From: an uncultured Verrucomicrobiae bacterium
GTDB lineage: Bacteria > Verrucomicrobiota > Verrucomicrobiia > Limisphaerales > UBA11358
DNA length: 64,000 nt
Assembly (NCBI GenBank): GCA_963845665.1
Contig: CAWJTA010000003.1
Span: 767,518 to 831,517 of the forward strand
Reading direction: 5' to 3'
Positions 1 to 9,270 of the stretch are shown in pieces (the first letter of the stretch is position 1; each line of letters starts with the position of its first letter). The position numbers were made by a program, and so were the translations under genes. The notes beneath the pieces were generated by a model. That model ran no database searches. It worked only from the letters and a program-made list of their open reading frames with translations, and was not told the origin of the DNA.

Positions 1-90
1 ACAGCTACGAGTGGTCTATTTTTCATGGTGTGCCGTCATCCCTTCCATTGGCCGAACGGGGATCCGCAAAAAACACACTGAATAGGCCAA

Positions 91-894
91 ATGCACCCTA
101 AGAAGAGCCGAATTGCTTTCACCCTGATAGAGCTATTGGTGGTGATCGCCATTATCGCAATTCTTGCGGCAATTCTCTTGCCGGTGTTGAGCAAGGCAAA
201 GTTAAAAGCACAGCAGGTTTACTGTCTCAACAACCTCCGACAGCTGCAATTGGCGATCGCTATGTACACCAGCGACAATCACGAAATGTTTCCCGAGAAT
301 CCGGGCGCCGGCACGTCTTTGCATGCCTGGGCGGCTGGTGTGATGACCTGGGACAACGCCGTCCAACCCAACCTGGAGAACACCAATACCGCGCTGTTAA
401 CCGGCGCCGAAATGGGTCCCTACATTTCACAATGCGTCGGCATTTTTAAATGTCCCGCCGATACCATCCCCGGCGCGAAAGGTCCGCGCGTGCGAAGTGT
501 CTCGATGAACGGTTTTGTGGGCGACGTCAGCAACGTTGCCAATTATATTTCCGGCCAACTTTCCCATAATTGGATCAGAATATTAAAGACCAGCAATCTT
601 AAGCTTGGGCCGGCCAACACGTGGGTTCTCCTGGATGAATGTCCCGACAGCATCAACGACGCTTTTTTTGCGGTCCAGATGCAGTCCGGCGGATCGGCAG
701 TATGGACTGATGTGCCGGCGTCCACCCATAATGGCGCCGGCGGTTTTTCTTTTGCGGACGGACACGTCGAACTCAAAAAATGGCTCGATGGAAACAGCAA
801 AGCGCCCGTCCGGCGGTTGTCTCCGTGTCCCGATAATAACTTGCATTCACCAGACGACTTGACATGGTTGCAACAGAGAACGACCTCCCAGTAA
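91..894 (+). CDS. Prepilin-type N-terminal cleavage/methylation domain protein (DUF1559-like, H-X9-DG C-terminal motif)
   Basis: N-terminal AFTLIELLVVIAIIAILAAILLP type IV pilin-like signal, CLNNLRQL motif, and C-terminal HNGAGGFSFADGHVE; typical of PVC-superphylum pseudopilin-like families. Confidence 0.9.
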   Translation: MHPKKSRIAFTLIELLVVIAIIAILAAILLPVLSKAKLKAQQVYCLNNLRQLQLAIAMYTSDNHEMFPENPGAGTSLHAWAAGVMTWDNAVQPNLENTNTALLTGAEMGPYISQCVGIFKCPADTIPGAKGPRVRSVSMNGFVGDVSNVANYISGQLSHNWIRILKTSNLKLGPANTWVLLDECPDSINDAFFAVQMQSGGSAVWTDVPASTHNGAGGFSFADGHVELKKWLDGNSKAPVRRLSPCPDNNLHSPDDLTWLQQRTTSQ

Positions 895-914
895 CGAGAA
901 TTTGCATCCTGAGC

Positions 915-3900
915 ATGAAACTGCTGCAAAAAATCGCGGCCTTCGTTCTATTACTGGCCGCTGGGGTCCTTGGGGAAACCGCTTCGGCGCAAGTAACCGT
1001 TGACGGGACTTTGAATTATTCCGAAGGCTACGGCAGCCCACTGACCATTCAGACTATAAACACCGGGTTTGGCGATAATAACTCCGATACCAGTGGTCAA
1101 TCGAGCGGTGGTTCGGAATTGGACGGCCTTTATGGCGTCGTGTACAACGGATATCTTTATTTATTCGTAACGGGAAACGTCCAGGCTAACGGCAACAACA
1201 TCAATATTTTTATCGCCGACGGCCAGCCCGGCGGCCAGCAGACTCTCGAGATCGGAGGCTCTGCCGCTGAACGAGTCATGAATGGTTCAACATTCAGCCC
1301 GGGCTTCAATGCGAACCTGATGTTTACATTTACGAACAGCGCCACGGTCCTTTCCGTTGACGAAGCAATATTGAATGGGAGTTCCGGCACAGAAACACAT
1401 TTGGGCAACGTTACCCTAAGCGGCGGGATTGGAAGCGCGGGGATTCCTGGCGGAAGTGGAATCGCCGTTGGTTTTAATAATCTGAATATAATCGGAGTCA
1501 ATGGGAACAGCGGGACGGCCGCCAATCAGGCTTACGCGAATGAAGTGACTACCGGCCTTGAACTTGGTATTCCACTCTCAGCGCTCGGCAATCCGACCGG
1601 TTCTATTGGAGTTTTGGTTGATATCAACGGGGCCGGCTTCGCCTATCTCTCCAATCAGTTTCTTCCCGGATTGCCCGCAGGCACCGGCAACCTGGGCGCC
1701 GGCGGCTCTTACGGTCCAGGAGGAGGCGTATTTAATTTCAGTTCTACTCCCGGAGAGTACCTTGCCGTTCCGGTTGGACCGCCAGTTTTAACCGTTAACG
1801 GCATCAATGCGGATTTTGGCACCGCCCATGTCTTCGTCAACGAAGTCTCCAATGACGCCGTGCCATTGAACATTATCTTCACTCCCGGTACTTCCAGCAA
1901 CGTTGTGGAGGCTGACATCTATTCAAATTTGAATCGGCGCAACTACGCCACGAACGTTGCCGCGGACGGAATTGAAGAAGGCATTATACCGCCCGACGGC
2001 AACACCATCGCCACTGGAGACACGAACCATTATTACGAGGCGTACGCGATGTCACCGACGGGCACGCCCGGGCGATACTCCTTGACGCTTTACGCGTGCA
2101 AGACCGGAGTTTATCGCCTGACAGCCCGTTGCCGCGTGGCGGGCAGCACCAATTGGCTTTGGTACAGCACGAATGCCCCCTACGACACCGGCCAGCACCG
2201 GGATTTTATGGTTGTGGTTTCGCCGAAGAAGGCGCAAGGCATGGTCATTTATGAGCTGGCAGTCAATAATATTGATGCGCAAGGTGATGCCGCGGACGGC
2301 TCCCAGCGGAGCACTTTTGTTGACCTTTATAATGGGCCGGGGTCCTATCCTTCAAATCCGGTGTACAACCGGTTCAATCTGAATTACGTGACCAATCTCG
2401 GGGTCAACTGGCTCTGGCTTGAGCCGATCCATCCCCGAGGCATCCAGAGCAGCATCAACAGTCCCTACTGTGTTAAAAATTTCTTCCAGGTTTCGCCGTG
2501 GATGAGCAAGGCCAATAGCCGGCCCGCTGCCATGGAGGAATTTACCAATTTTGTCGCCGCAGCGGATGCCGCCGGGGTCAACATCATGATGGACGAACCC
2601 TTTGACCACACGGCCCACGATGTTGAATTGGACAACGAAGGCGTTGCAGATTTTGGCGGCGCGGGAAATCCAGGGAATTGGCAGCCTACGGACTTGATTC
2701 CGGAACGTGTGCCTGAATTTTTCTCCCAAACAAACGCGTGGTGCAGCCGCGCCACCAGCCAGGGCAACATCGCGATTGCTCCCGATATTGATATTCCAAA
2801 ATGGACCGATGTGGATGATGTGTTCTACGGAGTTTATGCGTCGCTGGTCTGCGAAAACCCGGAGGACGACGATAACGATCTGAGCTCAGACGACTGGTTC
2901 GATTACAGCAGCAGTACCGGGAATTTTGATAACACTACACAAAATGTTTGGAGATATTTTGCCAATTCTATTCTCTACTGGCTCAATCAAACGGGCTGCA
3001 CCAACGGCACGCCGGAAAATCAAAGTTCCGTGGGCATCGACGGTATGCGCGCGGACTTTGCCGATGGATTGCCGCCGCAATGCTGGGAATACATTATCAA
3101 CAAAGTGCGCTCGCAGAAATGGGACTTTGTTTTTCTGGCCGAATCGCTGAGCTGGCCTCCCCCCAGCGCGACGACTTACCGCTCCTGCCGAGATTTTGAC
3201 ATATTATGCGATAGCGTTTACAGCGCGTTCCGCACGGTCGGCACGGCCACGAATTATCAAAGCATTTTCGACGCGGAGCAAAGCAGCTATGGCCAGTCTC
3301 TAATGCTTTGGAATGCCACATCGCACGATGCCGGATTTTATTACACCGATCCTTATCAGGCTCTGGTACGCTACATGGTCTGCGGAACCATCTTCGGCGC
3401 GCCGCATATTTTCTATGGCCAGGAAGCAGGGACGACCGCAGGATTTGGCTTCAGCCTCTATACGACGAGCGGTGCGGAAGAGGTTCCCGACCTTTATAAC
3501 TTCAATTCACTGCAACCTGCCTATGCCGCGACTGTCAATAACGTCAGGGTAGACCAACTCTATCCGCTCTACGCCTCCGTGAGCGTGGCCCGCCAATCCA
3601 GTCCTGCATTACAAAGTCCCAACGACGTGTTTCTGACTCCTTCCACGTCGCAACCAAATATCTACGCCGTCGCCAAGTTCACGGCGACGAACGGCTCGCC
3701 GAATTTCAATGACGTGGTCTTTGCCTTTGTGAACCTCGATGTCACCAACAGTGAACAGGGCAATTTCAGTGTCAATGTCTCCGCGAATGGCACAAACCTT
3801 TTTGGAATTCAGCCGGATCGGTTCTATAACGTAAAAAACATCGCCGCCGATTTGAGCGCCGATCCAAATCGTAACAACTACTGGCTATGGGCCACCGGTG

Positions 3901-4529
3901 GAATTGCCGGCAGCGCTCTATCAAACAACGGGATTTCAGTTTCACTCAATGCTGTGCCGACCACCGGCGCGGGTTGGACAAACGCGCCGTTTGAAGCGCA
4001 ATATTTAAAATTATACGACGTCACGCCGCCGGCAACCCTCGCGGCCCCAACAACGACGAACGCATTTGTCCTGGGAAACATCGTAACCTTTAATTGGGCC
4101 GGCGTGAACGACCCGATCGGCGGCGTGTCAGGTTACGAAGTCATCATGGGAACGTCGCCGGGAGCGTCGAATGTCTTTGATGGTGTTGTCGAGGGCACAA
4201 CATTGACTATTACAAATACCTATGGCTCGACCCTCTATGCCGAAGTGAGCGCAATCAATAACGCCGGGATCGCCGGTCCGCTCAGTTCCAGCAGCGCGGG
4301 AGTAGTATTATTGAACCCGAATTGGGTTCCGGTATTGAGCATGCAGAGTCGCAACGTTCTGGATTGGACGAGTGTTTCGGGCTTAACGTACCAGGTCTGG
4401 TCAACGACCAATCTCACCATTCCCTTCACCACCCTCGGAGGGATCCAGACAGGCGCGGGGCCCGTACTCCAAATGACCAACAATCTGCCTGATTCACAAA
4501 GATTTTTTCGCGTTCAGCTTTTCCCTTGA
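915..4529 (+). CDS. Secreted GH13 alpha-amylase-family glycoside hydrolase with an uncharacterised N-terminal beta domain, an FN3-like domain and a C-terminal module
   Basis: Signal peptide from ATG 915 (MKLLQKIAAFVLLLAAG..ASAQ). GH13 regions: DEPFDH (I), GIDGMRADF (II, nucleophile D), FLAES (III, E), ATSHD (IV, D). FN3-like FNWAGVNDPIGGVSGYEV near the C-terminus. Confidence 0.8.
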   Translation: MKLLQKIAAFVLLLAAGVLGETASAQVTVDGTLNYSEGYGSPLTIQTINTGFGDNNSDTSGQSSGGSELDGLYGVVYNGYLYLFVTGNVQANGNNINIFIADGQPGGQQTLEIGGSAAERVMNGSTFSPGFNANLMFTFTNSATVLSVDEAILNGSSGTETHLGNVTLSGGIGSAGIPGGSGIAVGFNNLNIIGVNGNSGTAANQAYANEVTTGLELGIPLSALGNPTGSIGVLVDINGAGFAYLSNQFLPGLPAGTGNLGAGGSYGPGGGVFNFSSTPGEYLAVPVGPPVLTVNGINADFGTAHVFVNEVSNDAVPLNIIFTPGTSSNVVEADIYSNLNRRNYATNVAADGIEEGIIPPDGNTIATGDTNHYYEAYAMSPTGTPGRYSLTLYACKTGVYRLTARCRVAGSTNWLWYSTNAPYDTGQHRDFMVVVSPKKAQGMVIYELAVNNIDAQGDAADGSQRSTFVDLYNGPGSYPSNPVYNRFNLNYVTNLGVNWLWLEPIHPRGIQSSINSPYCVKNFFQVSPWMSKANSRPAAMEEFTNFVAAADAAGVNIMMDEPFDHTAHDVELDNEGVADFGGAGNPGNWQPTDLIPERVPEFFSQTNAWCSRATSQGNIAIAPDIDIPKWTDVDDVFYGVYASLVCENPEDDDNDLSSDDWFDYSSSTGNFDNTTQNVWRYFANSILYWLNQTGCTNGTPENQSSVGIDGMRADFADGLPPQCWEYIINKVRSQKWDFVFLAESLSWPPPSATTYRSCRDFDILCDSVYSAFRTVGTATNYQSIFDAEQSSYGQSLMLWNATSHDAGFYYTDPYQALVRYMVCGTIFGAPHIFYGQEAGTTAGFGFSLYTTSGAEEVPDLYNFNSLQPAYAATVNNVRVDQLYPLYASVSVARQSSPALQSPNDVFLTPSTSQPNIYAVAKFTATNGSPNFNDVVFAFVNLDVTNSEQGNFSVNVSANGTNLFGIQPDRFYNVKNIAADLSADPNRNNYWLWATGGIAGSALSNNGISVSLNAVPTTGAGWTNAPFEAQYLKLYDVTPPATLAAPTTTNAFVLGNIVTFNWAGVNDPIGGVSGYEVIMGTSPGASNVFDGVVEGTTLTITNTYGSTLYAEVSAINNAGIAGPLSSSSAGVVLLNPNWVPVLSMQSRNVLDWTSVSGLTYQVWSTTNLTIPFTTLGGIQTGAGPVLQMTNNLPDSQRFFRVQLFP

Positions 4530-4543
4530 AGATGAATACCTGA

Positions 4544-6826
4544 TTGAAGCAAAAACTCCGAAAGACGAGTACTGATAGCCGGTCAAAAGGCGCTTATCGC
4601 ATTACGACCGGGCGCAAGTGGGTTTTTCGCGTTTTGGCGATGGTTGTCGTACCGCTGGTTCTGTTGGGAGGAATGGAATTGGCCTTGCGTGTTGCCGGTT
4701 ACGGGTATCAAACGAGCGTTTTCAAACCGCTGCAAATTGGAGATAAAGTATTTCTCGTAAACAACGACGATTTTAGCCTCCGCTTTTTCCCGCCGGAGGC
4801 GGCCCGATTTCTCGGGCCTATTCGAATGGATGCACAAAAGGCGCCGGACACTTATCGGATTTTCATTCTCGGTGAATCGGCGGCCATGGGCGATCCGGAC
4901 CCTTCCTATGGCGCAAGCCGCTACGTTGAAGCCATGCTATCCGCGCGCTTTCCGCGGGCCCATTTTGAAATCATCAACCTGGGCATCACTGCCATCAACT
5001 CCAATGTCATCTTGCCTATCGCGCGCGATTGCGCGGCGCAGAAGGGCGATCTCTGGATCGTATATATGGGCAACAATGAAATGGTGGGGCCATTTGGCGC
5101 GGCGACGGTATTTGGCGCAAAGGCCCCGCCGGTTACGTTGATTCGTTTCAATCTGGCGGTCCAAAAGACACGGCTGGGGCAACTGCTGACGAACCTCTCC
5201 CGGAAGCTTCGCTTTACCCGAGGCGAAAAGACGTCCTGGGCTGGCATGGAGATGTTCGTAGGAAACGAACTGGCGGCTGATGATCCACGCAAATCCGCCG
5301 TCTATCAAAACTTTTCCAAAAACCTGGACGATATCATCAAGGTCGCCCTGGACTCCGGCGCAAAGGTTTTGCTCAATACCGTGGCGGTCAACCTCAAAGA
5401 TTGCGCACCGTTTGCCTCGGTGACGGACAGCAACCTCCCGGCGATCGATCGAGTCCATTTCAATCAATTTTTCACGGACGGAATTCGCCTTGAAGGCAAC
5501 GGCGACTTTGGCCGGGCCATTCAGGATTTCGAGCAGGCAGCGGCGTTGGATGCCAACGTGGCGGAATTGCAGTTTCGATGGGGCAAATGCCTTCTCTCCC
5601 TGACGAATTCTGGAGAAGCAGAAAGACACCTTCAATTGGCGTGTGACGACGACGCACTGCCGTTTCGCGCGGATTCGAAAATCAACAGTATTATCAGCGA
5701 TGAATCAAAGAGAATAGACAGCACGAATCTGATATTCATGGATGCGCCGGCGACGCTTGCCACCGATGTCTCTGGAAATGTCCTGGGCCGGGAAACATTC
5801 TACGAGCACGTGCATTTCAATTTTGACGGCAACTACCGCCTGGCTCGCGCCTGGGCTGATAAAATTAAAGACGAATTGCCGCCTGGAATTTTACAAGACG
5901 CCGGCACGAATGGGTGGGCAAGCCAGGACGTTTGCGAACGGCGACTGGGGTTATCGGACTGGAACCGTTGTTTGGTGATGGAAAGTGTGATTCAAAGGAT
6001 GCAAAAGCCGCCGTTGAGCAACCAGTTGGACAACGACCTGCGGACCAGGGAATTGAACAGCGACATCAACCAATTGATCCCCGGAATGACCGTGCGCGCC
6101 GCGGCGCAAAGCGCTCAGAATTTTGTGAATTCGGTCACGCAGTGGCCGGATGATTATTATTTGCACGGAAATTTCGCTTTGTTTCTCAAGTCGACAGGCA
6201 ACGCGGCCGGGGCGGTTCAAGAATGGCAGCGGGTGTGTGGCCTCATCCCGCAGGACTGCTTTGCCTGTTACCAGCTTGCACGCGCGCTTGAAACCCAGGG
6301 GCGGGCACCGGAAGCCGAATCGTGGGTGCGCAGGGCCCTGAAGATGCGGCCCACGATGACGGACGCCTGGGTTGAATTGGGAAACGTTCTGGCCTCACAA
6401 ATGGAGCCTGAAGCAGCTTTAAACGCCTATCAACAAGCCCGTCAACAGCGCCCGCAGGACCCGCAGGTTATCTTCCTTATCGGCAAAACGTTGGCCGGGC
6501 TGGGCCGCCATGCTGAAGCAGTTCATGATTATGGCGAAGCGATTCAGTTGAATCCTTCCGACTGGGAACCTCACTATGAGTTGGGCGCCGAACTGGACGC
6601 CGCCGGGCAGGAGAGCGAAGCGCTTTCCGAATTTGCCGAGGCGGTAAATCTAAATCCGAATTATTCGCGGGCGCACTTCAACTACGGAGTCGTCCTGGCC
6701 AGGTTGGGCCATTTGGATGATGCCCGCCGGGAGTTTGAAAAGTCGTTGCAATTGGAACCAGGATATCAAAACGCGCTCGACGGCCTGGCTAAAATCCGGC
6801 TGCTGCAACGGGCGCGCCAAAATTAG
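4544..6826 (+). CDS. Membrane-anchored SGNH/GDSL-like domain protein with tetratricopeptide repeats
   Basis: N-terminal TM helix; SGNH-like blocks LGESAAMG, INLG, YMGNNE, YEHVH; several C-terminal TPRs (e.g. AHFNYGVVLARLGHLDDARREFEKSLQLEP). Confidence 0.8.
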   Translation: MKQKLRKTSTDSRSKGAYRITTGRKWVFRVLAMVVVPLVLLGGMELALRVAGYGYQTSVFKPLQIGDKVFLVNNDDFSLRFFPPEAARFLGPIRMDAQKAPDTYRIFILGESAAMGDPDPSYGASRYVEAMLSARFPRAHFEIINLGITAINSNVILPIARDCAAQKGDLWIVYMGNNEMVGPFGAATVFGAKAPPVTLIRFNLAVQKTRLGQLLTNLSRKLRFTRGEKTSWAGMEMFVGNELAADDPRKSAVYQNFSKNLDDIIKVALDSGAKVLLNTVAVNLKDCAPFASVTDSNLPAIDRVHFNQFFTDGIRLEGNGDFGRAIQDFEQAAALDANVAELQFRWGKCLLSLTNSGEAERHLQLACDDDALPFRADSKINSIISDESKRIDSTNLIFMDAPATLATDVSGNVLGRETFYEHVHFNFDGNYRLARAWADKIKDELPPGILQDAGTNGWASQDVCERRLGLSDWNRCLVMESVIQRMQKPPLSNQLDNDLRTRELNSDINQLIPGMTVRAAAQSAQNFVNSVTQWPDDYYLHGNFALFLKSTGNAAGAVQEWQRVCGLIPQDCFACYQLARALETQGRAPEAESWVRRALKMRPTMTDAWVELGNVLASQMEPEAALNAYQQARQQRPQDPQVIFLIGKTLAGLGRHAEAVHDYGEAIQLNPSDWEPHYELGAELDAAGQESEALSEFAEAVNLNPNYSRAHFNYGVVLARLGHLDDARREFEKSLQLEPGYQNALDGLAKIRLLQRARQN

Positions 6827-6842
6827 ACATCGAGATGATCTG

Positions 6843-8573
6843 TCAATCGTCGGACATCAATGTTCCCTGCGCAGGTACTATGGGCTTTTCACCCGGCAGT
6901 TGCCGGAACGGGACGACGTTGCAGCGCTGCGCCCAGGCATCGTACATGCCCGACAAATCCCTGACTTTCTCCGGATAGAGCGCGGCCACGTTGGTCAACT
7001 CGGTCCGGTCGGTTTTCATATCGTAAAGTTCCCAGGGATGACCCTGGAGGGCGACGAGTTTCCATCGGTCCAATCTCACGGCGCGATTTCCCTCGTGCTC
7101 CCAAAAAATCGGGGCGCGATCCGGGCGATCGCGTCCCTCGAAAATGGGGAGGAGACTTTCGCCCTCGAGGGGCAAGAGGATATTACCCTGGTAACTTTCG
7201 GGATGCTGAATGCCGGCCACTTCCAGCATGGTGGCTTTGATATCGGTCACGTGGGCGAGTGCGGTGGACATGGCGCCGGTATTTTTAATCACCGTTGGCC
7301 AGCGCGCGATAAAGGGCACGGCGATGCCTCCTTCATGAGCAAAATGCTTGTAGAGCCGAAACGGCGTGGCACTGACGTTTGCCCAGGGGATGCCGTAGCT
7401 TTGCCATACATCGTTGGGACCGGCGAATACGGAATGGTTCTCGTTACCCGCCCATACACGCCTTCCGTCACGTGTCAGGCTGGGGACGTCATACCATTCA
7501 GGCATGATGTCCTCCGCACAAGCGCCGTTGTCTGAGAAGAAGATCACAAGCGTGTTGTCATCAATGCCCAATTCTTTTAATCGAGCCATGATTTGGCCAA
7601 CGCCGTCGTCGAGGTGTTCGACCATGGCGGCGTAGGTGGCCATGCGATTGGCCTGCCATGCTTTGTCCACGACATTGGTCCAGTCAGGCACGCGCGGGTC
7701 GCGTGGCGACAACCGCCAGGATTTGTCGATGATGCCCATCTTGATCTGACGCTGATAACGTCGGGCCCGAATGATGTCCCAGCCCGCCAGATAACTGGCA
7801 CGATATTTGGCGATGTCCTTTTCTGGAGCCTGCAGCGGCCAATGTGGAGCGGTATAAGCCACATACAGAAAGAATGGTTTGGCCGCTCCGGCATAGTGAT
7901 CAAGGTCGCCCAGGGCGTGATCCGTGATGACATCGGTATAATAGAAATTTGTGCCCGGCGCGCGAGTGGGCGTGTTGCCGTCCACGAGCGAAAACGGGTC
8001 ATAGTAGCTGGTCACGCCGTGGATGCTGCCGAAATAACTTTCGAAGCCACGCTGCATGGGCCAACTGTCTTTGGTGTCCCAGAACGGCACGTGGGACTGG
8101 AAATTTAACTGTTTCTTCCCGTCGAAATAGATGTGGCTGAGATGCCATTTGCCGACCATGGCGGTGTGGTAATCGCCGAGCCGCAGTTCCTCGGCAACGG
8201 TCAGGCAATTTCGATTGAGTTCGCCGCGATATCCGGGGATGCCACGGTCCTCCATCATGTCGCCCACACCGGTCTGTTGAGGATATAACCCAGTCAAAAA
8301 CGCGGCGCGGGAGGGACAGCAGCGCGGAGTCGTATAAAATTGCGTCAGCCGCAATCCCTGGGCGGCCATGCGGTCGAGGTTCGGCGTTGGGATTTCAGAA
8401 CCGTAACAACTCAAATCCGAATATCCGAGGTCGTCGGCGAGAATCACCACAATATTGGGCCGTGTCCTGACGGCCTCCGCCGCCCAGGTCCTGAGTGTCA
8501 ATCCAACGAATAAAACGAGGAACAATATCCATTTCCTGGCAAACGATAAGAGCGCGAACATTTCCTCAAACAT
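6843..8573 (-). CDS. Arylsulfatase (Cys-type formylglycine sulfatase, family S1)
   Basis: RPNIVVILADDLGYSD, CCPSRAAFLTG (CxPxR), GKWHL, FFSDNG, WEHEGNRAVR; signal-like N-terminus. Confidence 0.93.
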   Translation of the reverse strand: MFEEMFALLSFARKWILFLVLFVGLTLRTWAAEAVRTRPNIVVILADDLGYSDLSCYGSEIPTPNLDRMAAQGLRLTQFYTTPRCCPSRAAFLTGLYPQQTGVGDMMEDRGIPGYRGELNRNCLTVAEELRLGDYHTAMVGKWHLSHIYFDGKKQLNFQSHVPFWDTKDSWPMQRGFESYFGSIHGVTSYYDPFSLVDGNTPTRAPGTNFYYTDVITDHALGDLDHYAGAAKPFFLYVAYTAPHWPLQAPEKDIAKYRASYLAGWDIIRARRYQRQIKMGIIDKSWRLSPRDPRVPDWTNVVDKAWQANRMATYAAMVEHLDDGVGQIMARLKELGIDDNTLVIFFSDNGACAEDIMPEWYDVPSLTRDGRRVWAGNENHSVFAGPNDVWQSYGIPWANVSATPFRLYKHFAHEGGIAVPFIARWPTVIKNTGAMSTALAHVTDIKATMLEVAGIQHPESYQGNILLPLEGESLLPIFEGRDRPDRAPIFWEHEGNRAVRLDRWKLVALQGHPWELYDMKTDRTELTNVAALYPEKVRDLSGMYDAWAQRCNVVPFRQLPGEKPIVPAQGTLMSDD

Positions 8574-8799
8574 AGCGATTCAAGGAATGTTGAACTTTTG
8601 CGGCGTCCCTGCCAAGAACTGCGTTAAGACGCCAATGGACAGGGTTGCCTGAGCCCAGCGACACCTATTAAGCCCGAAACGTCAATAGGGAAAAAAAGAG
8701 GGGCACGGAATCTTTTGGAAACCGCGTAGCGGACTTCAAAACGGGAACTCCGACTTAATTTCGGTTTGCAGCGCGGATGCAGGGCATCCGGCTAAACAC

Positions 8800-9270
8800 C
8801 TATTGGGACTCAATCGAGCCGGCCAAAGTTCAAAGGGAACCTCAGCCGACTTTCCAGTCCCCTGATCGAACGCCAGGGGACGGTCCAGAAACACACAGCA
8901 GTAAACCCACGCGCTATCCAGGCACATTGGCCGACGGTTGCCCGATGTTGATTGTCCAACCCGGGACTCCAGTATTTTGCGGACGTGCGAATGGGGCGGA
9001 TGCTCCAAAGGTAGAACGTTCTGAAGTGATGCGACCGCAAGCTAAAAGGAGCCGGGGCCGATAGCAAGCCATCACGCTCGCGGCCCCGGCGTCGAAGGCG
9101 TGCGATCAACGACCGCTGGCGAGCTGGCTCAATCACATTTAGGGAGTCCTGGTGGATCCAGCTCAGACCGGGGTGTTCAAAACACCAGGGAATATGGTCT
9201 GGGTTGAATGAGGATCTCACGATTGATCGGCTCCAGTCGCAGCGCAGGCTCAGGTCGCCAGGGTCGAAAT
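8800..9270 (-). ncRNA. Candidate bridge/seek RNA region (structured 3' non-coding end of the IS110 element)
   Basis: 471-nt region downstream of the transposase with no convincing ORF and several perfect stems: 9051-9060/9081-9090 (10 bp), 8857-8864/8874-8881 (8 bp), 9121-9127/9158-9164 (7 bp), 9172-9177/9181-9186. Expression and boundaries not shown. Confidence 0.55.

Noticed and set aside
6717-8108. Plus-strand ORFs of 272 and 171 aa
   Set aside because: Antisense to the well-supported sulfatase.
8736-9220. Short ORFs (90-136 aa) downstream of the transposase as possible cargo genes
   Set aside because: No motifs, mutually overlapping, two cross the inferred element end, and the region is better explained as structured RNA.
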